Shown piece after piece: positions 57,652-64,000 of a DNA stretch of 64,000 bases. Each line of letters begins with the position of its first letter. Positions within the stretch are counted from its first letter, which is position 1. The notes under the pieces are model-generated. The model had not been told where the DNA came from, did no database searches, and saw only the letters and a list, made by a program, of their open reading frames with translations. The position numbers and the translations under genes were made by a program. This DNA comes from Candidatus Poribacteria bacterium (lineage in GTDB: Bacteria > Poribacteria > WGA-4E > WGA-3G). The DNA is taken from NCBI GenBank assembly GCA_965242965.1, contig OZ251518.1, positions 1,024,001 through 1,088,000 on the forward strand, read 5' to 3'.

Positions 57652-58017
57652 TGTCTATAGCAGGCGCGCCCGCGAAGAACCCTAAGGTCCTTTAGGTCCT
57701 TAATAGTTTTTGCCAGGGCCGCGCGTGTTTTATTAAGGACCTAAAGGACCTTGAAAACGGGCAGACACGGGCTGCTATAGACATTAAGGACCTAAAGGAC
57801 CTAAAACGCCATCTCTTGACGCTGGCCAACGCGGGGGAAACCCGCTCGGATGCGCGTATGGCATCCGAGGCCCCCCGCCCTAGGGGAACATCAAGACCAG
57901 GAGGTCTCTCCTACGGGGATGTCGCTTGCATCGAGACCGGGAAGACGCGCCGACAGGAAGAAATCAAGACCAGGAGGTCTCTCCTACGGGGAAGCCAGCG
58001 AGATATGAAACATCCTC
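57632..58017. repeat. REP cluster overlapping the miaB stop, capped by the terminal motif
   Basis: Inverted CTATAGACAT-hairpin pair, nested A and B units, ending in ATATGAAACATCCTC. Confidence 0.85.
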
Positions 58018-58061
58018 ATTAAACTGGCACGCAGCTTTATTGGATTGGAATTTTTCCATCT

Positions 58062-58871
58062 ATGCAGAAAATTACGATTAAAAACCAACGTGAAATTGAA
58101 CGGATGCGCCAGAGTGGCAAAGCCGCCGCACACGTGCTACACCGCATCGCTGAGGCAATACAACCCGGCGTTTCCACCGCAGATTTGGAACAGGTAGCGA
58201 AAGAAGCAACGAAGGCTGTCAACGCTATTCCCTCGTTCCTGAACTACAAAATTCCGGACCATCCGCCGTATCCCGCGCGCATCTGCGTTTCACGGAACGA
58301 TGTCGTCATCCACGGCATTCCAAACAAGGCAGAGAAACTGCGCAGCGGCGACATCATCGGCGTGGATACAGCGGTGAAACTCGGCGGCTATCACGGCGAC
58401 AACGCCTTCACTTTTGCTGTCGGCGATGTCTCACCCCACGCGCAACGGCTCCTTGACATCACAAAAGCATCGCTATACGCCGCCATTGCAGAGGCGAAGC
58501 CGGGCAATCGCGTCGGCGACATCGCGGCGCAATTGCAAACCGTCGCCGAATCCGCGGGGTTTTCCGTAATTCAGAATTACGCGGGACACGGCATCGGACG
58601 GCACCTCCATGAGAAACCGGAACTCCCCTGTTTCGGCACACCGGGAAGAGGACCGCGGTTGAGAACCGGGATGGTGCTCGCCATTGAAGCGATGGTGAAT
58701 GCCGGCGGCGCAGACGTGGAATGCCAAGCAGATGGATGGACTATCGCAACTGCAGATGGCAACCTCTCCGCTTTCTTTGAACACACGGTGGCAGTGCTGT
58801 CGGACGGACCGGAAATTCTTACGGGGAGCCCTATCTGGGAGCAGGATTTCCAAGATTTCCAAGATTGCTAG
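58062..58871 (+). CDS. map: Methionine aminopeptidase type I
   Basis: ICVSRNDVVIHGIP, GDIIGVD, GYHGD, GHGIG..HEKP, AIE and EHTV. Confidence 0.95.
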   Translation: MQKITIKNQREIERMRQSGKAAAHVLHRIAEAIQPGVSTADLEQVAKEATKAVNAIPSFLNYKIPDHPPYPARICVSRNDVVIHGIPNKAEKLRSGDIIGVDTAVKLGGYHGDNAFTFAVGDVSPHAQRLLDITKASLYAAIAEAKPGNRVGDIAAQLQTVAESAGFSVIQNYAGHGIGRHLHEKPELPCFGTPGRGPRLRTGMVLAIEAMVNAGGADVECQADGWTIATADGNLSAFFEHTVAVLSDGPEILTGSPIWEQDFQDFQDC

Positions 58872-58972
58872 GATTTCTAGGATTAGCAAGCAGGATTAGC
58901 AGGATTTCCAAGATTTCTAGGAGTATAGTTTCCGTTCCGCGACAGTTTTCTTGCATCCGAGCAGGATTTTCG
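58841..58972 (+). repeat. 9-bp GGATTT-type repeat block forming the map C-terminus
   Basis: GCAGGATTTCCAAGATTTCCAAGATTGCTAGGATTTCTAGGATT... Confidence 0.85.
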
Positions 58973-59002
58973 AGAGTGAGCGGGATTATCAGAGAGGAGG
59001 AC

Positions 59003-59671
59003 ATGATGAAGATTCTCACGGTTTTTACGGCAGCACTGCTTTTCGTCTCACTTTACCTCGTCTTCGGGTACGCGCCGATTGAAAGCACTATGCTGGAAGT
59101 TCAGAAGATTTTCTACTTCCATGTCTCTGCGGCTCTTACCGTTTTCGTCGCGTTCGGCGTGAACTTTGTGTTGAGTATCAAATACCTCATCAAACGCAAA
59201 CCGACGGACGATTTGCTTGCTGTCGCCGCCGCCGAGCTCGGCCTGGTTTTCTGCACTATCGCGCTTCTTTCCGGTCCGATTTGGGCGCGTTATGCGTGGA
59301 ATACTTGGTGGAATTGGGAACCGAGGCTGACTAGCACGCTGATCCTCTGGTTGATGTATGTCGGCTATTTTATTTTGCGTTCGGCGTTGGAAGAGGATAA
59401 ACGGAGAATCTACTCCGCCGTGCTCGGCATCATCGCCTACCTTGACGTGCCGATTGTCTATTACGCCGTGGACATCTGGCAAGGCGGGTTGCACCCCGAC
59501 CGGGGGACGAAGTGGAACCTCGCAGCTCCGATGCAGTGGACATGGATGGTATCGCTAGCGGCGTTTATCCTGCTGTTTGTCCTCCTCATGGTTTTGCGGT
59601 ATCAGCAAAAGAAGACAGAGCAGGATTTTCTGGATTTGCGGGATTTCCAGGATTACAACCCTCAGGTCTAA
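59003..59671 (+). CDS. ccmC: Cytochrome c biogenesis heme-handling protein (CcmC-like)
   Basis: QKIFYFHV and the tryptophan-rich WWD motif GPIWARYAWNTWWNWEPRLTS; AGGAGG RBS. Confidence 0.85.
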   Translation: MMKILTVFTAALLFVSLYLVFGYAPIESTMLEVQKIFYFHVSAALTVFVAFGVNFVLSIKYLIKRKPTDDLLAVAAAELGLVFCTIALLSGPIWARYAWNTWWNWEPRLTSTLILWLMYVGYFILRSALEEDKRRIYSAVLGIIAYLDVPIVYYAVDIWQGGLHPDRGTKWNLAAPMQWTWMVSLAAFILLFVLLMVLRYQQKKTEQDFLDLRDFQDYNPQV

Positions 59672-59683
59672 GGAGAAGTGTTT

Positions 59684-60007
59684 ATGCGCATATTGATTTT
59701 AGCGAGTTGTCTGATTGTGTTCGCGCTCTTTTTGACGACCCAAGTTCCGGTAACCTTAACCGCCGACGAGGTATCGGGTGCGGTTTCGGATGCCATCGCC
59801 GAAGCACAGGTTAACGTTGACGAAGAGGAAGTCACCGCCGCTGTCCAACTTGCTATCGCGAAATTGGAAGCGGCGCAACGGAACCGCCTCAAATATCTCA
59901 CCGGTGCATACTTCGTCATCTGGTTAGTATTTATGCTTTACGTGTTGCGGATAGGACAGGAACAGAAAGCGTTAGACAAACGCCTCGCGCAATTGGAAGG
60001 AGAATAA
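59684..60007 (+). CDS. CcmD-like small membrane protein
   Basis: YLTGAYFVIWLVFMLYVLRI..QKALDKRL directly after ccmC. Confidence 0.65.
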   Translation: MRILILASCLIVFALFLTTQVPVTLTADEVSGAVSDAIAEAQVNVDEEEVTAAVQLAIAKLEAAQRNRLKYLTGAYFVIWLVFMLYVLRIGQEQKALDKRLAQLEGE

Positions 60008-60009
60008 TA

Positions 60010-60695
60010 GAGGGTGTTTCGTATCTCGATGGCTTCCCGGTAGGCGAGACCTCGGGGTCTTGATGCAATATCGGGTAGGCGAGACCTCCCGGTCTCGATG
60101 CAATAGGGCGGCAGAAAGCCTCTCCTTCATCGTAGGGCGAGGGCCTGTCCCTCGCCAGCGTCCGCACACTCCAACGATCGCGGGGGACAGGCCCCCGCGC
60201 TACGGTTGTCAAGGCCGCCTCTCCTTCACCGTAGGGCGAGGGCCTGTCCCTCGCCATGCTGCGAATAACCCAACGCTCGCGGGGGACAGGCCCCCGCGCT
60301 ACGGTTCTCAAGGCTGCCTCTCCTTCACTCGCGGGGGACAGGCCCCCGCGCTACGGTTGTCAAGGCCGCCTCTCCTTCATCGTAGGGCGAGGGCCTGTCC
60401 CTCGCCATCGCTCGCGCGCCAGGCTCTGTAGGTCAGGATCGCCTGATCCTGACCCGTTTGTGATCAGGCGATCACAAACTACAGAGAGGAACGAAAAAAA
60501 CGGAGCGCGTTCTTTTAGGTCCGTAGGACCTAAAACGCCATCTCTTGCCGATGGAGATCGCGGGGGACAGGCCCCCGCGCTACGGTAAAAAAAACGGTTC
60601 TTGAGACATCGCGGGGGAAACCCGCTCGGATGCGCGTGTGGCATCCGAGGGGCCCCGCGCTACGGGAACATCGAGACCAGGAGGTCTCTCCTACG
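60010..60695. repeat. Large mosaic REP cluster opened by the terminal motif
   Basis: GAGGGTGTTTCGTAT, then B, A (several), D, CTATAG-type hairpin and nested-A units. Confidence 0.9.
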
Positions 60696-60767
60696 GGAAA
60701 ATCGAGGGTGGGCGCGGCAACGGATTTATGGAATACTATCAGAATAATAGTCTGCTGGATAATCCTA

Positions 60768-61232
60768 ATGAAAACCTTTCGCTTCATTACACACCAGACG
60801 ATTGAACGGCAGCTCCCCGAGGTCTTCGCGTTCTTTTCGGATGCGCATAATCTGGCGACGATTACGCCGCCGTGGCTACGCTTTGAGGTGCTGACACCGG
60901 CACCGATTGTGCTGCAAGTAGGCACGCGGATTGACTATCGGTTGAAACTCCGCGGTATCCCCCTCCGTTGGCAGAGCGAGATAACGGCATGGCATCCGCC
61001 GCAGTCGTTCACGGATGAACAACGCCGCGGGCCTTACCGTCTCTGGCGGCATACGCATACGTTTGAAGAGACTGCGGCTGGCACCGTCGTCGGCGATGAA
61101 GTGGAATACGCCGTGTGGGGAGGTTCAGTGGTGAATACGTTGTTCGTTCGGCGGGATATAGCGAAAATTTTCGCGTATCGCGCCGAGACATTGGACGAAC
61201 TGTTTCACAGAAAGAACAACAATCCCCGATAA
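60768..61232 (+). CDS. SRPBCC family protein
   Basis: VFAFFSDAHNL..TPPWL, W.SEITAW.PP..F.DEQ.RGPY..W.H.H.F and IFAYR. Confidence 0.88.
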   Translation: MKTFRFITHQTIERQLPEVFAFFSDAHNLATITPPWLRFEVLTPAPIVLQVGTRIDYRLKLRGIPLRWQSEITAWHPPQSFTDEQRRGPYRLWRHTHTFEETAAGTVVGDEVEYAVWGGSVVNTLFVRRDIAKIFAYRAETLDELFHRKNNNPR

Positions 61233-61873
61233 AATCTGAGGCGTTCATAATAACGCATCACTTTTTCGACGTAGTTCCGCGTCTCATCTGAACCGAGGAA
61301 ATAGCCGTGCGGCGGCTTTCCTTTCACGGGCCAGACGCGGCGGTGCAGTTGTGCATCTGCTGCCGTCAACCGCGAGAGTTCGCGGCTCACTTCTTTCCAT
61401 TCTAACGGATTTCCCTGCTGATACCGAACGATTTTTTGTGCGTCTCGGACGCGCCCTTTTCCGCCGTTGTAACTTGCTAGCGCGAGCCGGATGCGGGTTT
61501 CGTGCGGCGCGTCCGAAAATGCGTCATATAACTGCCGCAGGTATTTTGTCGCACCAGCGATGTTCTGCGCCGCATCAAACGGGTCGCGGACACCGAGTTC
61601 TTTTGCCGTGGCGGGCATGAGTTGTGCCAAACCTTGCGCGCCGACACTGCTGACAGCGTATTCGTCAAATCCAGATTCCTGCACGATGAGCGCGCTTATC
61701 AAAAGCCAATCTAGTCGCTGCTCCCGTGCATGTTTCTGAAGTGTCTGCCGGTATTTGAGGATTTTCGGGGACAGCGCGAACAACCGAAAGTCCTGTGTGC
61801 TGTCAATGCCAGCATTGAACAGGAAGATGAGTGCGACTGTTGCAATGATGAAAAAAAAGGTGCGTTTGCGCAT
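61205..61873 (-). CDS. Lytic transglycosylase (SLT domain)
   Basis: QES, GAQGLAQLMP.TA, ASYNGG and ETRNYV. Confidence 0.9.
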   Translation of the reverse strand: MRKRTFFFIIATVALIFLFNAGIDSTQDFRLFALSPKILKYRQTLQKHAREQRLDWLLISALIVQESGFDEYAVSSVGAQGLAQLMPATAKELGVRDPFDAAQNIAGATKYLRQLYDAFSDAPHETRIRLALASYNGGKGRVRDAQKIVRYQQGNPLEWKEVSRELSRLTAADAQLHRRVWPVKGKPPHGYFLGSDETRNYVEKVMRYYERLRFYRGLLFFL

Positions 61874-62095
61874 TTTTTGTTGTTCGCGAGGCGTTCGATT
61901 AGGGTTTTTGGTGCGATGACGTTTTTCTGCGTAACCCCGCATGCGCCGTTGTTGCATGCTGCGGTTTCGTTTTTCGCAAGGCGTTTGACAAGGGTTTCTG
62001 GTGTAATGCCGTTTTTCTGCGTCCCGTTCGGGCTCAGGCGAGCCCGAACTACAGTCTTTTATGTTTCTCCGCGTCGTTTTCGACAGAATTTGGGA

Positions 62096-63658
62096 TTACC
62101 AGAGATATCCGAGTTGGAGGAACGCCTGATGCCCCTGGGCTGTTTTTCCTGCCGAGTGTTGATAATTTCGGGTATGTTGCCATGCGTAAGTGAGCCGGGC
62201 ATTCCACGCGCGGCGCGGGCGATATGTCACCGTTCCGCCGAACGCCGTGATACGTTCAACGACACCTGTCGGAAACGGCAACGCGTCAAAATCTTCGCCA
62301 TAAAACCGGTCGGCGATGGTCCCTTCTCCATTGCGTGAGAAGCGCGCGGCGAGCTCTGCCTTGGTGGAGACGGTGAACTGATAGGCGGCGCGCATCGTGA
62401 ACGTATCGGCATCGGTGCCGATGGGATGCCCTATCATCTCGCCGAAGTGCGTGAATTGGTTCTCCGGAACGAGGTGCGTATACGCCCACCGATTGACGCG
62501 CGCGTATTCGGTATGGATGCCGAGTTGACGCGCTAGTTTTTTTGGATACCACTCTACACCACAGAGCCAAGCGACAGCGTGCGGGTCCCGAGCTCCCGGC
62601 ACGTATTGAAAATCGTCAATAAGCCATTCACCATAGAGACGAACACCGTCAACAGGCCGGATAGCGATGTCAAAAGCGAACATGACGTTATCGTCCGCTT
62701 TGGCGTTATACTGCAAGGCGTAGTAAAACGTGACCGGGTTTGCGTATTTGAAATCCAGCGTTTGTGCGTCCCCGCCATAAAGCACCCATTCCGCAATGCC
62801 GATTTCGAGTCTGTCGTTGTGTTGATAATCCAGCCGATGTCCGCTGAGATAACGTTTTGCCAAGTAGCGGATATTTTCGTCGTTCCACGTTGCATCGAGT
62901 TGCGCGGTGAATGCAGTGGCTTTGAATTTTCCAAACGTTCCGGTGAGCCGCACCTGGTCAAACGGCGGCGAGTTATCTGAAATGCCGACAGATGTTTGCG
63001 GACTGGCACCCCAGAAAATTGCGTCTCTTCCCATCAACACGTTGAATTGTCCGGCGTTGATTTGCACGTATCCCCTTTTAACGTTCGCAGTATATCCGCC
63101 GCGCCATCGTTCAAGGCGTTGTTCTGCGGATGTGCCTTTCGCGGCGGGGGGATATAGAAAATTGTTTGAGTGATAAGGTTCATCAAAATTGTGTGCTTCG
63201 CATTCGGTATAGAGCGTGAGGTTTCCGTGCTGATAGTGAAACGCGCCTTGAAGTGCGGGCGCGATTTTCTCGGTTGTGGCGCGCAATTCCGGAAAAATTA
63301 ACGTAGTCGTTGACAATGTTGATGACGTTGACGTTGATGGCGGTATAGAAAATTCGCGTTTTAACTTCTCCAAGAGTTTCCTATCTATTTCCGAAGGCAC
63401 CACAACGCCTGTCTGAATGCGCGTTTCCGCCCGATGCAGTATCGCTACTACCTCCTCGCGGGAGAGAGGGGCAGTGTGGCGATGGAAACCGCCGGTGACA
63501 CCGTCTGTTTCTAGTTTAGCGAGTGCCTCGGTTACCCAACCGTCGAGATTTAGCGGCGGATTGGGTGCGGCGTATGCTGTCGATAGCCAGAGGAGGCACG
63601 CGATGACAACGAGAGCAGGATTTTCAAGATGTCCAAGATGTCCAAGATTAGGTTTCAC
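62096..63658 (-). CDS. Capsule assembly Wzi family outer-membrane beta-barrel (start uncertain, GTG proposed)
   Basis: GRDAIFWG..ISDNSPP, SGHRL, YANP, DNVM, YGEWLIDD, WAYTH and IGHPIGTDA; aromatic C-terminus. Confidence 0.78.
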   Translation of the reverse strand: MKPNLGHLGHLENPALVVIACLLWLSTAYAAPNPPLNLDGWVTEALAKLETDGVTGGFHRHTAPLSREEVVAILHRAETRIQTGVVVPSEIDRKLLEKLKREFSIPPSTSTSSTLSTTTLIFPELRATTEKIAPALQGAFHYQHGNLTLYTECEAHNFDEPYHSNNFLYPPAAKGTSAEQRLERWRGGYTANVKRGYVQINAGQFNVLMGRDAIFWGASPQTSVGISDNSPPFDQVRLTGTFGKFKATAFTAQLDATWNDENIRYLAKRYLSGHRLDYQHNDRLEIGIAEWVLYGGDAQTLDFKYANPVTFYYALQYNAKADDNVMFAFDIAIRPVDGVRLYGEWLIDDFQYVPGARDPHAVAWLCGVEWYPKKLARQLGIHTEYARVNRWAYTHLVPENQFTHFGEMIGHPIGTDADTFTMRAAYQFTVSTKAELAARFSRNGEGTIADRFYGEDFDALPFPTGVVERITAFGGTVTYRPRRAWNARLTYAWQHTRNYQHSAGKTAQGHQAFLQLGYLW

Positions 63659-63781
63659 GTTGATTAACAGTTTCCTTGGGTTCCGATGGCGTTTGGCCCT
63701 CGGATTTTTTGACGAGTGCGTCAAGACGAAGCAGGATTTACACGATTTACACGATTTACACGATTTACACGATTTCTAAGA

Positions 63782-63970
63782 TTAGGTTTCACGTTGATTA
63801 ACAGTTTGCTTGGGTTGCGCTAGCGTTTGGCCCTCGTGTTTTTTGACGAGTGCGTCGATGCGGCGGAACTGCCATGTCCAGCGCGTCTGATAGAGGAACT
63901 GCCGCAAGTCAAACCGATTATCGTCCGGCGAGTAGGATTCGGCGTGGTAAGATGGCGTTAACGTTGTCAT
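63782..63970 (-). CDS. Small hypothetical protein (62 aa)
   Basis: ATG-initiated ORF with protein-like composition ([21 protein letters not shown]). Its 3' end is duplicated downstream. Confidence 0.5.
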   Translation of the reverse strand: MTTLTPSYHAESYSPDDNRFDLRQFLYQTRWTWQFRRIDALVKKHEGQTLAQPKQTVNQRET

Positions 63971-64000
63971 TTTGTGGCGATTGCTGGCGTAATGGGTGAA

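Noticed and set aside
60060-60644. ORFs such as 60060-60431, 60256-60588 and 59931-60311, and similar ones at 5811, 9247, 14226, 24065, 28227, 37908, 38677 and 53707
   Set aside because: They are translations of REP clusters (RSAGACPPR, GDRPPRY, ARDRPSPY peptides) with no RBS or domain content.
61890-62030. Short imperfect duplication upstream of the SLT gene
   Set aside because: Only about 35 bp with several mismatches and no clear structure; too weak to interpret.

Overview
GC-rich bacterial chromosomal window, most likely Candidatus Poribacteria. This is inference from four PhyH-family dioxygenases, a PorV/PorQ gene, a cadherin/FN3/lamin-tail secreted protein with a Poribacteria-type C-terminal motif, and very dense palindromic repeats. 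Housekeeping genes (guaB, nuoI, miaB, map, ccmC-like, a UvrD/PcrA-like helicase, xdhC) alternate with accessory and defence-like modules. These are a type III R-M system whose mod gene is split by a frameshift at a G9 tract next to two inserted REP hairpins, an ATPase + PD-(D/E)xK-like pair bracketed by a 50-bp duplicated promoter, and a SNF2 helicase + ATPase/TOPRIM + sacsin-like/HNH-like trio. The most striking sequence-level feature is a set of interleaved repeats. It comprises at least four GTAG-led hairpin (REP) families with compensatory stem changes, a CTATAGACAT-hairpin family, a 9-bp GGATTT-type microsatellite family, and a TATGAAACACCCTC terminal motif that caps many clusters and once forms a complete inverted-repeat pair (MITE-like). 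These repeats enter coding sequences in frame, donate stop codons and form protein termini. No tRNA, rRNA, CRISPR array or transposase gene was recognised. All family assignments are from motif recognition by eye; no database search was run.
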